The translations under genes and the position numbers were made by a program. From assembly GCA_964234715.1 (NCBI GenBank), contig OZ174277.1: a DNA stretch of 64,000 nt; one strand, given 5' to 3'. The stretch comes from Podarcis melisellensis (taxonomy: Eukaryota). Positions 50,559 through 64,000 of the stretch are shown in pieces; position 1 is the first letter of the stretch; every line of letters begins with the position of its first letter. The notes under the pieces were generated by a model, which was not told where the DNA came from, did not search any database, and saw only the letters and a program-made list of their open reading frames with translations.

Positions 50559-52711
50559 TACTAAAAAGAGATTATCTTCTCAGCTTCACATTTCACAAAG
50601 CCACTTCCCTGATACATGATAAGTATTGTCATCTTGATACACCCCATAATGTTTCCCAGCTGATCACTTCCTCCCCTTACCCATTGTTGGTCCTTGGAAA
50701 GCAGTATAAGAATTAAGAGTTTGAGCATGCCTTTATCTTCATTTGCTTGGGAAACTGCTATTGCTCTCCTTCAAGTTGAGTCTCACCCTGGATGAACATC
50801 AGCTAAATATAATCTGTCTGTTAAGTTACTGAATGTTCTTTACAAACAGTAGCCTTCTTCATGTGGTCTGACATACGAGTTTAGTAAACATGCAGGGACG
50901 GATGCAAGAATGACGATGCTAGCTCAGCCCTCATCATCACTCCCATCATTCTCCAGAAATGGGAGAGCAACCATTTATTACCCTGTACTCACTGAGGCTC
51001 TGTTCATGTTTTAGAAAGCTGGGAAATCTTAAATGCACATCTGCTTGAGCACAGGAGGCTCCCCACTTCTGACAGCCACCCTCCAACTTGAGGAGGTGAC
51101 AAGAATGACAACGGGGAGTGGAGCTAGCATGCTTGCTCTAGAGCCCCATCTCACAACATATTGTCTGAATGCCTGAAGAGGGCTAATATCAAGCTAGAAC
51201 TACTTGGAAACGGCTGTTCATTTTCCTTTTGATGCAATTCTGCTTTCTCTCACACTGCTTTATCTTGAAATATTAAGAAAAGGCTTGGATTTGAACTCTG
51301 GAGTTGATTAAGTGGTTTTCCAACTTGGGAATTTAAATATGGGAATAAAGGGAGTCTGCTAAAATGTGTGTCCCTTCCACGTAAGTAAATTCTGGATCCC
51401 ACATGTTCGGACTTAGATGGATTGGGGCGGCAGTCAGTTATTGAATTTACAAAGGGTGTGTCTCTATGCCTGTCCTAACCCCACAAGAAAGGTGAGAGAA
51501 AGTGACCCTAATTGTTACAACGTTATAAATAAAGATCCAGAAATTTTGGCTGTCATAAGCCACTGCCAAAGGTTTGTGGTTGCTTGGACATTGTTTCTCA
51601 CTCCTCTGAAGGACGGGGGTCTCATCTTCTCTGAGCACATCCCAAGTGCAGCACAAAAAATTACCCCTGCCTTCTCCCCAGCTCCATGACTGGGGAGAAG
51701 GCTGAGGTTTTATCCCATCTGCCGGACACTGATGGACCACTTGTCATGTAGAGCAGAACTGCAGAGCCCTGCTATTCTTTTATTTATTATTACTATCATA
51801 ATACCATTTGCCATGCAGACATGGAGAGTGGGAAACAGTTGATTAATATGGCTGTATGATTCATCCTGCAAGCCCAGAATACACCCCTATGATGAGGGGT
51901 AGAGGGAGAGAAAGGGGACAGAGAGCATGTGGAGCAAAATAACATCTTGCTCTCTGCACTCTCCCCCTATGAGTTTCTAGAAGACCCACCCACACTTGTT
52001 TTAATTATTTATACTGCCATCTTCCTCCCCACCACACGGGGTCAGTGCAGTCAGCATCTTAAAGCCTCTGACAGGGATGGGCAAATCTGTCAATTTCGGT
52101 TCCCTCAAGTTTTTCATATCCGCCCCCAATCTTATATTCAGTTCTCCACATTTCTGCATCAGTCTGCAATTTATTTATTTTATCAATTTTATATGCTCCC
52201 CTTCTTCCAAGGATCACAGGGCAATTTGCAGTATAAATTAACACGTTTTTGTGTGCAGTTTTGCATACAAAATTGTGTATTGCACATTTTTGCAAGCAAT
52301 TTCTACTTATGCATTGTAGTTTTGTAGGTTAGTTTCACAAATACATTGATTTTTATGCCTACCTTCCCCTTAGTAAATGCATTTTTATAGACACTGGATA
52401 ACTGCATCACAAAATTTGGATAAGCGTGAATTTTGAAGGATGGCTCTGGTTTTGGTTTCCCTATTTGGTGGGGAAGTGCAAATTTGAATGTGAACTGAAA
52501 TGATTTCCTACTCCATCTCTATGGACAGTGCTACCTCTTTGTCAGACAAGGTAGGGATGAGGGCAAAAAAGTAGGAATTTGTAAGGTCTCCTTTCCACAG
52601 CAGGCCAACCAGATCTGATGCTCTTGAACTTGCCTGTGTATGGGAATGCAGCACCCAACTGGATTATGCACTTCTTCAGATTTTGCAATGCATTTTCACT
52701 GTACAAAAATG

Positions 52712-52716
<5 letters not shown>

Positions 52717-52760
<44 letters not shown>
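52717..52760. repeat. (TA)22 microsatellite
   Basis: Read directly. Confidence 0.97.
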
Positions 52761-52764
<4 letters not shown>

Positions 52765-52849
52765 TATGAAATACAAATTTCACTGGTGACTGCATCAGAG
52801 AGTTTGTGTTTTACAGAAACAGCGAAGAAAAATGCATACAATAACACAA

Positions 52850-52851
<2 letters not shown>

Positions 52852-52893
<42 letters not shown>
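52852..52893. repeat. (TAA)14 microsatellite
   Basis: Read directly. Confidence 0.97.
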
Positions 52894-52896
<3 letters not shown>

Positions 52897-55801
52897 AATG
52901 GAATGGAACAGGAAAGGAATGGCAAACAACAGGATGGAATTGGAAGCAATGCTACAGGATGGCATGGAACAGATCTATGATTGAGTGCAAGCGAGACTGA
53001 AACTGGATGCAATCAACCCATTCCTAGTAAAAAGTCTCGCCACCGTCTCATCCTTTAGGCTCCATAAGCTCAGCAGAATGTACGCAGAGTCTTAAGTCCC
53101 TGGTTCAAAGCAATTCATAAAACATATGCCCATGACCAAGATTGTTCCCAGCATTGCCTCAGATTATTTTATATGCCCTCTTATCCTCTCACACACAAAA
53201 GGAGGTGCATTACTGGATAGGCTCTGGAGGCAGGACCTGATTTCTCACACAAGGCAAACTACAAGTGAGATACAAACAGAAGCCTGGAACTATTACAAAT
53301 GCATTCAGAACAGAACTGCAAGTGGTAAAAGTGGGTGATCCCAACCACAGCCTACAGGGAAAGTAAAACCAACAATACTTGTGCATTGTGGTTGTTAGGA
53401 AACTAAGCATTCTAAGCAGTCAAAGGCCATCCTAGTAGAGGACAGTTCTAGTTTACAGCCAGGGATCACTGGGTTTAGCAAAATTCAACCATTGCATCTG
53501 TGCAAGGATGTTACAAACAACGGCCCCATTAATTATCAAATTCCATTTCCCCCCTTTTTGCACACAGCACTGAAAAAAGAGAGCAGACAAATATATACAG
53601 GGCCTGGGTGGAACAGTAGGGAGAAAGGAAAGCACACAGAAAGCATGGGGGAGAGACACACTTCAGCACACAGGGTGAAAGGACAATAAAATGGAGAGAG
53701 TGGGGATTTGAGATCCTTGGAGGAAAGGTGGAATAGAAATCTAATAAATGTATACTGCAAAATGCATGATGCATGCATTCATACATTGGCATCCTTTTGT
53801 GGGTGGGGGAAGCATCTTTGGGATCAATAGGACACACTGTGGGGAATGAGCTGGTTTCTTCCACTATCAAAGCAAAGTGCTGGTCAGCAAACTCCAGCTG
53901 GAATTAAACAAGAAACAGCTGAGCTGCTTCTCTGCCATTGATTTGCCCCCCACTCCAATTACTATCTTCTGTCGCCACATTTGGGCAGCTCATTAGTGCT
54001 GGCCGCAAGCAAACTGTGTGAAGCTCTTGCCCCCCTGGCCCCCCACAGCTGCCACTTGTCAGTGCCTGGCCCTGAGGTACAGTAGCAGCAGTTGCAAGAA
54101 GGATTAAGATTTCATCCGGAGAGGGATTTATCATCCATGCTACCCTCACCTCTTCTAATTGGCAATTTCCCCTCTGGTCTTCTTGTCTAATGTGACAGAT
54201 CTCGGAACTGTCTATTCTCTCTCTGACTCCAGGCATTCACTACAATACAGGGCTCAGAAACCCACAAAAGCTTCCAATCTGAGCTCTTGTTTGAAATTAC
54301 ACCTTTGGAGGCCAAGAATATCCAAAATGGTCTGCAACATTTTTTTTCTAAATGCATCCACGAGCGATCATCTTCACTCTGCGAGACTGAATCCTATCAG
54401 ATATAAATAAATGCATAAATACATAAGAACTCCTACTGTGAAAATGGCAAGTGCTATGGAAGAAGGGAGCACTGCATCAGTCATATTTATTTTTCTCTTC
54501 TAAGTGGCAAACATATTGCTTTGCTTTTTGTGGACGACATTATCACACACAAACTTCATCGACAGACATATGCTCATATTTCCGATTTCAGAAATAATGA
54601 GTGAAGGTGCCAATATGTTTTTGCCAAAGAGGGAATGTGGGGAAAGAATGCAGAGAAAGAACTACTCAATAACGTGTTAGTACCTGCATACCGGTTGCTG
54701 TCTGATGCAAATGTGATCACTAGGGATGCTGTGATCTTCATTGTTCAGACATTTCACAATTACAGAGCATGGGATGGATGCACAATAGCCTGACCCACCA
54801 TGAAATAGAAAGCCGATGAGCTATCTGAATTGCAATTTAAGCTATGCTGAAAGAATTATTTTGTCAATAGACATAGTAGCAAGCAGATAATCATATTTGC
54901 ATTAGGTACGACTGAAATCACATATTCCTGTAACTACTCATAACATCCAGTCCCTGCCTGCTTTTGTGTATAAGTGTATATTTTTTTATATATAGAATTG
55001 GTTTTACATATGGAATTCTTTTTATTGTTCACCTTTTAACTGTGAAATCTCTTCCGAGATACTTATGGGAAGCAACTGACATCAAATAAATAAATAAATA
55101 TGTCTCTTTAGATTTTCACATGGTTGGAGTGATAGACTTTGCTGCATTCTTGCCCTGAAATCACATGAAACAGTTTTAGAGCTGCAAGGACAACATAAAA
55201 CAAACATGCCAAGCAGATCATTCAGATGCAGTACCCATAATACGGGTTCACAAACCATTTGAGGAGGGTTTGAATTGCTTTCCCCAATTCCCCAATGGCT
55301 TTGTGTGAATGTTGCAACCATATGATCACATGTGGGGGTTTTTTTTTTACTGATCACATGTGGGTTGTTTGTTTGTTTTAACCTATCCTCACTCAGGAGG
55401 GACCTGGCCTTGGAGAAGGGTCTCAGTGACCTGGGAATGAGCCATGTGACTAGCTCCACCCATGTGGTCACTTACTTCACATACAGATGACAGATACGTG
55501 AGATCAAACCATGGAGAAAGCAGCTGTCAGTCCATACGAGTGGGCTAATAATGTGGGCATTCATCTATGTAATTTGTACTCACTCACAAGTATTTATAGA
55601 TTCACATTTGGATTTGTAAATAGTGGCCTTCAGCCAGTCATTCTCACCCCCCCCCCTTCTCTCTGCCTAACCTACCTCACAAGGTTGATGCAACTAACCA
55701 CCTTTCTCTAGAGCAACATAAAAATAAGTCCATATGCTGGACTTCAACAAAGTGGATCTTCAGTTTAGACTAGACTGCAGAGATAAACCTTCAGCCCAAA
55801 C

Positions 55802-55928
55802 CAGTGCTATTTTTCTAGAAAAAGAGGTGGTGGAACTCACCATGAACACCTGCCTCGTTCTCTTAGAATGGCAATGGCACCCACCTGAGAGGTGCCGGAA
55901 CGGAGTTCCAGTTGAAAAAAAAGCCCTG
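55802..55928. mobile_element. Short hAT-like MITE
   Basis: Ends cagtgctatttttc / gaaaaaaaagccctg are near-inverted; no TSD found. Confidence 0.55.
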
Positions 55929-57924
55929 GGCATTTTAAAGGCTGATAAGGCAAAACTGAGCTGACATATTTGGTAGTAGAGTAGAAAAAATGCCAAAACA
56001 TATGTTAACATTTTGTTCCTGCAAGTAGCTGCATGGAGCACATAAATATGTAATTAATTACTGAGGCTTGTCCAGAGACTAGGCTTGCATTGCGAGGCTA
56101 TTTCAAGTCATCACTTGGAGCAGAAAAAATCCTGCACCTTCTCTCTGCAAAAGCTGTCCTTCAAAAATCAATTCAGAGACTAAATCACTGCTTATTACAA
56201 GTGCCAATGGCAGAACGTGGGCCATAATGCTATTCTAGCACAATGGGAAAGAAAACCCAGCTAGAAAAGTCGATGTATAATGCATGACATTTTTAAGAGA
56301 AAACCTATAACATCAAATGAAGTAGAATGCTGGCACCTTCTCAATGCAGTACCAGGAACTGAAAGCCCGGAAAATATTTCATCTGCAGGAAGGCTTAACT
56401 GACAGATAACCAAAAGAAATCCAGCATTTGATTTCTTGTGGAGGGTGCGGGGTGAGCCTCATCTGTGCAACTGAGAAGCAAGAATTCTGCATGTACTTAA
56501 GACTTCTTGCTCAAACATTTATTGAACTTTGTGTGGACCTACACAGGGGACACACCAACTGCCGGGATAAATTTGCTAAATAATATCATACAGGGACCTC
56601 CAAAACAGCAGCAAGGTTTTTATGCAGACAAGAAAATGAGTGTAGAGGGTATGCACTAATTAAATAACAGAGGACATTCTGTCCATATGCAATGCAGGTT
56701 AATTCAGCAAGATACTCTAATTTAGAATTTTTTTCATTCTGTTCCAATAAATATCCCGGAGTCATTCCAAGCATGTATTGCTTAGGCAGGTGTCTTGTGC
56801 CAATAAGTAGCACATGATGTTTTCCAGTCCTAAACAGATTACTGGACTGGTCAATTGTTCCTGAAATTTGAGATTTCACAGGACTTTCAGGGTGTCCTAA
56901 GTTACCTAGGCCTCTTCTTCACTGAGGTGGGAAACCAGGGGTGGGAAACTTCTTTCAGCTTGAGAGCTGCATTCCCTTCTGGGAAACTTTCTAGGAGCCG
57001 CATGTCAGTGGCGGAGAGCCAGAAGCAATAAAGATGTATTTCACCTTTGTACTGTAGGATGTTGCTTCAAAAGCAAAGCATCACAAAATTTGGTTGCAAC
57101 TGTTTTCTGAGTAAAAACATACCAAACAAATAGGAGGCAGGGGTGGGCAGTTTGGTGAATTTTCTGTTTTAAGACAAAAGAGGGAAATCATGGAGGCATG
57201 TGTGCAGACTGTCAATTGGTATAAAACTATGGAAGTTAGGTCCATTTTGCAGAGATTTATCTAGGTTTATTTAAGTATATATGTGTCTGTCAAATTCACA
57301 GTTTAAGGTACACCCTAAATGCATAATCAAAAATGTCACGTGGGAAGTATTTCCTAGACAAAAGCTGCTCTTAATTTTTATACTTCCTCCAGGAAAGATC
57401 TACAAGCAGAAGACTTCCAGCTGGCAGTGATAAAGGTAGTTTACCAAAGGAAATGTACTATCTTGCAACACATCTTCAAAAGAGGCTTAGAACTATTTTA
57501 AATTATAAACAAGATAATGCATCAAATTCCACTAAAGAGTATTTTGATAATTAAGTGTAGGTGTTTGCAGAGAGCTGCCTAATATTTCTTTCTTGAAAGC
57601 ACCACAAGCTTAGTACATTTGCATATAAGGTTTTGCATCATGGAGCAAACACTTCATGTGAAAAAGGATAAACGCGGCAAGCAGATTATCTGCTGAAATG
57701 GTTCATAGACTACTTCACATTAAAGTATTGTAAATGAGATTTCTCATTTGTTGAAATTGCATTGCCATCAGCTAAATACAGATCCATTGCAATGAACTAC
57801 TCCCTTCATAGTCACAGGTGCCATACTAATTGAAGGCAGTTCACACAAACAGGGACACTTTCTCCGTTGGGTGGTATATATTACTGTCCCCACACAAGCA
57901 AAGGTTTCAAATTTGGTTCCCGCT

Positions 57925-58970
57925 GAAGCTTCCAAACTGTCTTTAGAGGCAGCCCCACAAATAATGCATTGCACTAACCTAGAGGTTACCAGACCATAGG
58001 CCACAGAAGTTAGGCTATCCCTGTCCATTCAGGGACATAACTGGGCCACCAGCTGAAGCTGACAGAAGGCACTCCATACCACCGAGGACACAAGTGGTAG
58101 TAATGGATCCAGTAACACTCCCAAGCTATATGCACTTGCTCCTTAAGAAGGAATGTAACCCCCTCAAGAGCAGACATTCTCCCATCCATCTGGCCTAGGG
58201 AACTACCCACTAACAGTGCCTGTATGTTATCTGCATTAGGTTTCAGTTGATTATCTCTCATCCAGTCCATTAGGAGACAAGACACCAGTCCAGCACATCC
58301 ACTGCCACACATGTAGATGTAAAAGGAGAAATAGAGCTGTGTGTCGTCAGCATACTGCTGACAACACACTCTGAAACTCCAGATGACTCCACTCAGTGGC
58401 TTCATATAGATATGAAACAATATGGTGATAAACCTGAACCCCAAAGGACCCCCCCACTGAAGGCTCCCCCAAGCATCACCTGCTGAAGATGACCATACAA
58501 GTAGGACTGGAACTACTGCAAAGCAGTGCCACCCATCCCCAACTTGGATAGCCTCACCAGGAGGTTGCAGTGGTTGATGGTACTGAAAGCAGCTGAGAGC
58601 TCAAGGAGCACAATGCCCTTGTCTGTCTCCTAACTGAAGTAATCATATAAGGTGACAGGGGAAGTTTCTGTGCTAAAGCCAAGCTGAAACCTTGATCGCT
58701 CTCCCACACATTCCAGAGATTTATGTATATTCCTTTTGCTGCAAGGCCCTGCCTGGGTTCACTGATGCAGTGACCTAACATCGGCTGTCAGTTCTGATGC
58801 AATTCTGTAGGCACTGCCCTGCCTAAGAAGCCATTTTGCCAGCAGGTCATCAGATCGCAACCACTCCCAAGAGTCCATACTGGCATGGATGAAATCTGAT
58901 GCACCTTTGAAGGAGTTCCTCCACACAAACAGCTGTTTCAGAGGGTTCCTGTGACAACTCAATTGGCCTA
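57925..58970 (-). mobile_element. Degenerate L2-clade LINE reverse-transcriptase fragment
   Basis: YADDTQLY motif followed by DWMRDNQLKPNAD (L2-type WM..N.LKLN..K); frameshifted across ORFs 58759-58962, 58554-58781, 58010-58444 and 57768-58028. Confidence 0.85.
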
Positions 58971-59984
58971 GTTCTTGTGTGAATCAGGCTCAGCTAAGTA
59001 CACAAGACAAAAGGGGCAGTTTCAGTGACCTTTCTGCTAGAGATGAAGCTGTGGGGTTTCAGCATTTGAAGGTCTTCTTAAAGAAGGGAAGGCATTATCT
59101 GATACAACTGAAAGAATCAAATGAAAAAGCTCTGTAACTCTTGTGCAGGTTTATGCAGTTCTTCTAACTAGCTAACCTGACTGTTCTCTACTTGTAGGAA
59201 GGTAGCAAATCTCCCCACCCAACTTCTTGCCATGTGACTACCCATTGACTGACATGTACATGATCGCTTTGTTTTCCAGAATGATATGTCATGTTTTTGG
59301 AGTATCAATTCCTTGATCCATACCAGACAGCTCTGGGCTAGGGATAGATTAGTCCAACCCAGGACTTGCAGTAGGGAGGCAGGGAAAAGGGGAAATTCTG
59401 GATGGAAGAACACCAGTCTGCATACAACTGTAAGCAATGAAGCAACTCAAAAATAAACCATCTAATAAGCGCAGTCTGAGTCTAGGTTCTTATTTCTTAG
59501 AGTCTCAGGCCACAACATGATGTTCTGCAAAACTGTGACTTCAGTGTCACACCCCCTAATTCACAAGGATTTGGGTAGAAGCGGACTACCACCTACAACT
59601 GATATCTCATGCTCCCTTCCATGTGTTGAATGAATGTGTTGAGGGGCGCATGACTGCAGCTACTGGCCTTCCTCCAATCTCTATGTAGGGTTGCCAGTCC
59701 TGTCTTCAGCTACAGACTAGGGGAGAATGTGCTTTCAGCTTTACATACATAGAGCTAGTATGCACAGTCAGGACCTCTTGCACAACCATGTTCCCCATCA
59801 CATGCATGTAGTGCCCATTTCTGCCCAATGTGCGAAGGAGCACATTGGTTCTACTAAGCAGAACCATAGTAGGTCTAGTGGGCACATCCTTGCTCCTTTC
59901 CACAGGTTGACCGACTGGGTGGACGGAAGCCTGAGAAGAAGCATAAGAAAATGCAAGCAAAGTAGCAATGATTGGAGATCTTAC

Positions 59985-60112
59985 CTGTACACTAGTAAAA
60001 GTGGTATACTGATAAGCTTTAACTACCAGGTAATTTGCTTCTATATCTATTATCCCCAGGATCATGTACTTCCACCATCTTCGTTTCAAGATTGCCAGTA
60101 AGTTTTCTTCTC
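59985..60112 (-). CDS. SLC35F1: SLC35F1 internal coding exon (equivalent to human exon 3), 128 nt: (G)EENLLAILKRRWWKYMILGIIDIEANYLVVKAYQYTTFTSVQ
   Basis: Peptide recognised as SLC35F1 rather than SLC35F2; acceptor caatgcag|GA and donor CAG|gtaaga on the minus strand; phase 0 end matches the next exon. Confidence 0.96.
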
Positions 60113-61410
60113 CTGCATTGGGACAGGGAAAGAGGGAGGGGTAAAGAGTTTTAAAAGGATTAGATTTATAGCCATGACAATAATCCACTGCGTTTCATAC
60201 AAAAGTGCTGCAGAAGGTGCTACATAGGATTACTAATAACTGGGGAAGGTCGAAGAAGCTCCTGCTCATTTACATACAAGTAAATTAAATATTCCTTACT
60301 GACAGCCACTGAGGCTAAGCTAAAAATAAATAAAAAAGCATCTCAGTTGCCTTTTCATTTGCCCCTTCACCTCCTGTTAATCCTGTGGCTAACATCTGTA
60401 CAATATCAAGTCAAACACACTGGACTCGCCCATGAGGGTCACACACACAATGAGGTGGATTTCCTCCCTTCTTTTTGCATAACTGGTAACTTGGCTTCCA
60501 AGAATCAATTTTGTGCAAAGCCAAAATTGTTCTCCAATGTCCTTGAAGAGGAATCCTATCAATCACACAATCCCCGATTTCCACTTTGTGAAGACTGCCA
60601 GTACAACAAGGACGACTGATTAAATCTACAGTTTCTAAAGGTTAAATTGTCTTAACATTAGGCCAGGGATTATTACTATGTCTGATACAAAAGAAAATGA
60701 ACATGCAGCTAGAGTTTGGGTATCAAGCTCCCTCCTTGTTCCTCTGATCCAGCAGGATTTCATGAGGGTTACAGTATGGACAATATGCTATTGCTGCAGA
60801 TGAGGATTCTTAAACCAACTTGAACATTCAGGATGAAATTCCTCTTCTCCAGCACTGGAACAACATCTAACCTTGCAGATGTTAGTGGAAATATTGTGCA
60901 AACACCAAAAGGAAGCTGGGGCATATTTTACTGGCCTTTCACAACTTGGATTGCCTAAACCAATTGTGTGATTCAAATGGCAATTTGTTCATTAGCAAAT
61001 ATCACCCGCCTTCTCAATAGTTAATAGAATCAGAATGATTCCAATTAGAAGTGTAAAGGTTGCATTCTAATTATGTCCTGTTCTACTTACTACATTGAGA
61101 TTGCAAAATTAAAAACAGGCACTGTTTCCTCCTCCCAAAATGAAGAAAAGGAGCAGTGGGAGCCGCAACAATGGTTACATTAAGTACTATGTCCAGATTA
61201 ATCTGTCCAAATGATTCAACTGATATTTATTAAAAATAAAAAAATAAAGGCACTGGAATGAACCAGTCTGTTTTGCTATATTGTCATATAATTCCATTAG
61301 CCTTTATTCTCTAAAAGAGTAATGAGGATAAAAGCATTCTTTTCTTGCATAACATGTTATATTTGAAATATACAATACACTTGGGCATTTTCTGTAGATT
61401 TGAGAAGAAT

Positions 61411-61506
61411 AATAGAATCATAGAATTGTAGAGTTGGAAGGGACCCTAGCGGTCATCTAGTCTAAACCCTCGCAATGCAGGAATCTCAACTAAAGCATCC
61501 ATGGCA
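61411..61506 (-). mobile_element. CR1 LINE 3' end fragment
   Basis: atagaatcatagaattgtagagttggaaggg is the reverse complement of the CR1 (ATTCTATG)n tail. Confidence 0.8.
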
Positions 61507-62463
61507 TACTCTGCTTAGGTATGGTTAATTTGGCAACCCGTTTTACTGCGTTCAATGAGGTTTACTTCCAAAAAAGTATTCCTAGGACTTCACAGTGCTC
61601 ACAGGCAAGGAACCTCCACATGGATTTGCTTATTGATTATAATTAAGGGGTGCACTGTACTTCCCAGAAGCATTTGGGGATTTAGCCTATTAAAGGTGAT
61701 GCATAACCTGAAGGTAGTTTTAAAACATTCTCTCCAGAGTTGCCATACCAAAGTGGCAAATTACAGTACTGTTGCAGTACTGAAAAACAAAGCAAGGGAA
61801 ATGGGCAGGTTCATTTTAAAAGCTCAAGTGAGTGTGTGGGTGGAGAATACTTAGGGAAGATTAATAATACTATGAAACATTGCCTCTTAGAACATTGGTC
61901 ATGGTGAATCAACTGAAGCAGGCTTGTAGTTATGATTTCAATGGATTGTACAAGAGCCAGTGGCATATATGGGTTGTCACAGAATGCCATGGGACTTTGA
62001 GCAGTTCTCAAAGCCTGCCCAAAGCTGATTCTTGCTTTCTAATTAGCCGTTTTTATAAGATAGAAATTATCCCTTTACTATAAAAGCGACCACGGCCACA
62101 AGCAGCAGCATCTAAGTCAGATGATGTACATGGGTTGCTTACAGCGCCAACAACACTAAACAAAGGAATCTCCAATGAAACTCTGTAAGTGGCTGGATCA
62201 TGCTTATTAACTGAGTAATATTTCATCCCTAACATGCTATTAACTTTAAGATCCCAACTGAATAATGAAAAGCAGGGGCAATATTAAAATGTATGTATCT
62301 GCAGTCACTTTAAAATTCTGTATCATGAAAGGGTTGAAAACATGGGGTGCAATTTAACTGCACTGTTCTGCTAGAAGCCAGCACAAGGACTCTTGCTAGT
62401 GATATTCTTCCTTTCTTCACTTATTTTTTTGATATCACTCCAAATGTCAGGCTGAAATATATT

Positions 62464-63335
62464 TCATAGAGTCATAGATTTTAGAATTGGAAGGGACCCC
62501 AAGGTTATCACGTCCAATGCCCTCCAATGCAGGAATCTCAACAAGATCATACTTGACAGATGGCCACCCAACCTCTGCTTTAAAACCTCCAAGGAAAGAG
62601 TCCACCACATCTCAAGGGAGTGTGCTTCATCGTCAGACAGCTCTTACTACTGGAAAGTTCTTCCTGATGTTTAGTCGGAATCTCCGTTCTTGTAACTTGA
62701 TGCCATTGTTTCGGGTCCTGCCCTCTAGAGCAGGAGTAAACACACTTGCTCCATCTTCCATGTGACAACCCTCCCTAAACTGTTCCTCATAAGGCTTGGT
62801 TTCCAGACCCTTTATCAACTTGGCCGTTTTCCTCTGCACACATTGCAGCTTGTCAATATTCTTCTTAAATTGCAGTGTCCAGAACTTCAGGTGTGGTCTG
62901 ACCAAGGAAGAATAGTGGTACTATTACTTCCCTGGATCAAGACACTATACTTCTGTTGATACAGCCTAGAATAGCATTAGCTTTTTTTGCTGCTGCATCA
63001 CACTGTTGACTCATGTTAAGCTTGTGGTCTACTAAGACCCCTAGATCCTGTTTATGTGTACTACTGGCAAGCCATGTGTCCCCCAGCTTATATTTCTGCA
63101 ACTAGTTCTTCCTGCCTAGGTGCAGAACCTGACATTTGCCCCTATTGAAATTCATTTTGAGAGTTTGGATCCAGTTCTCCAATCTGTTAAGGTCAATTGG
63201 AAACCCAATTCTGTCTTCTGTGGCATTGACTACTCCTCCCAGTTTCGTGTCATCTAAAAATTTGATGAGTATCCCCTCAATACCTTCATCTAAGTTGTTT
63301 ATAAAGATGTTGGACAATAGTGGGCTCAGGATGTG
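62464..63335 (-). mobile_element. 5'-truncated CR1 LINE (RT C-terminus plus 3' UTR), frameshifted
   Basis: NIFINNLDEGIEGILIKFLDDTKLGG, MNFNRGKCQVLHLG, RPHL...LQCVQR, RFRLNIRKNF are CR1 ORF2 motifs; CR1 tail at the left end. Confidence 0.93.
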
Positions 63336-64000
63336 TCTCTAAATGAATGAAATGATTGAGAAATGTCCTCCAGTCTGTAAAGATGTAGTGAGAGGTATGA
63401 ATGTTTTGATGTGTAAGCAGGCTGGTGGGAACAAATGAGGTTGAAGATAACTTTCAAAATGGCAGACACTGCAGAGGTTTGCAAGAACATCTAGAACTGT
63501 GAAGTTCAAAGTTTTCATGGTGCTTTGACAAGTGGATAAAAATAAAGCAAAATGAAAAGAAGCCCTCAAAATTCCCAGCTTAGCATATGGTGCCACAGTA
63601 CATGAATTTGTGTTCTTGGTCTTGCATTCAGGAACACATAAAACTGAGAAAGAGATGATTTGTAGCCTTTGCCATTCTGTGCCATTCTGGCTGTGGCTGG
63701 AAAGTGTGGTCTAAAACACCAGGAGGTGTCAGGTTACCGGTACTTACTGAAAACTATTATATCTCATAAACAGATGAATATATAACTTTTTGTGTGTGTG
63801 TGTGGGTGTGAAAGGTTCAGGTAGCTTGTTCAGATCACTGTTGCCAATCACAGCTTCCTCTTCAGCAGACTTAGAATAAGTGTACATTGTTGGATATAAT
63901 GGCAGAAAGTCAAGGGTTAACAGAGTTATTGTGCCAACAGCGCTGCGTAGGTGCAGGTATCAAAGCATGTATACAAATCTGTTAATCATGGGTTTCACTG

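Larger units (their letters stand above)
52072..53026. mobile_element. Two adjacent old hAT-like non-autonomous elements (~52072-52521 and ~52552-53026)
   Basis: Ends cagggatgg...ccatctcta and tagggatg...cattccta; no intact TSDs; family assignment tentative. Confidence 0.45.

Noticed and set aside
25030-60112. Assignment to SLC35F2 or to a pseudogene
   Set aside because: GEENLLAIL and the EEEPHVRVA terminus are SLC35F1-type; all six exons are in frame with canonical splice sites.
60320-60329. Isolated MEF2-type site CTAAAAATAA
   Set aside because: A single AT-rich match is expected by chance; no supporting cluster.
1-64000. CRISPR arrays, operons or other prokaryote-type systems; PLN coding exon
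   Set aside because: Spliced vertebrate locus with no repeat-spacer arrays; I saw no phospholamban-like peptide in the ORF track or by eye, although it is short enough to fall below the track cutoff.

Overview
Vertebrate genomic DNA, AT-rich and intron-rich. The repeat content (CR1/L2/L1 LINE relics, Penelope-like elements, tRNA- and CORE-type SINEs, palindromic hAT/mariner/Harbinger MITEs) points to a squamate reptile, probably a lacertid lizard (inference). The minus strand carries the last six coding exons of SLC35F1 (59985-60112, 45655-45814, 43994-44150, 40518-40570, 37278-37432, 25030-25254). All have AG/GT boundaries and join in one open frame ending ...EEEPHVRVA*. The 5' exons lie beyond the right edge, and the 3' UTR probably runs to about 19245. 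The first ~2.4 kb looks like the 3' UTR and poly(A) site of a convergent plus-strand gene (CEP85L by synteny only). Most ORF-track entries are chance ORFs. The most notable non-coding signal is an apparently intact minimal type I hammerhead ribozyme (3776-3817) inside a TSD-flanked Penelope-like insertion. It lies ~1.4 kb downstream of the plus-strand poly(A) site and faces a nearly identical inverted, core-mutated copy. This is a known class of motif; I found no clear evidence of a wholly new biological system. Repeat family names are from pattern recognition, not a database search.
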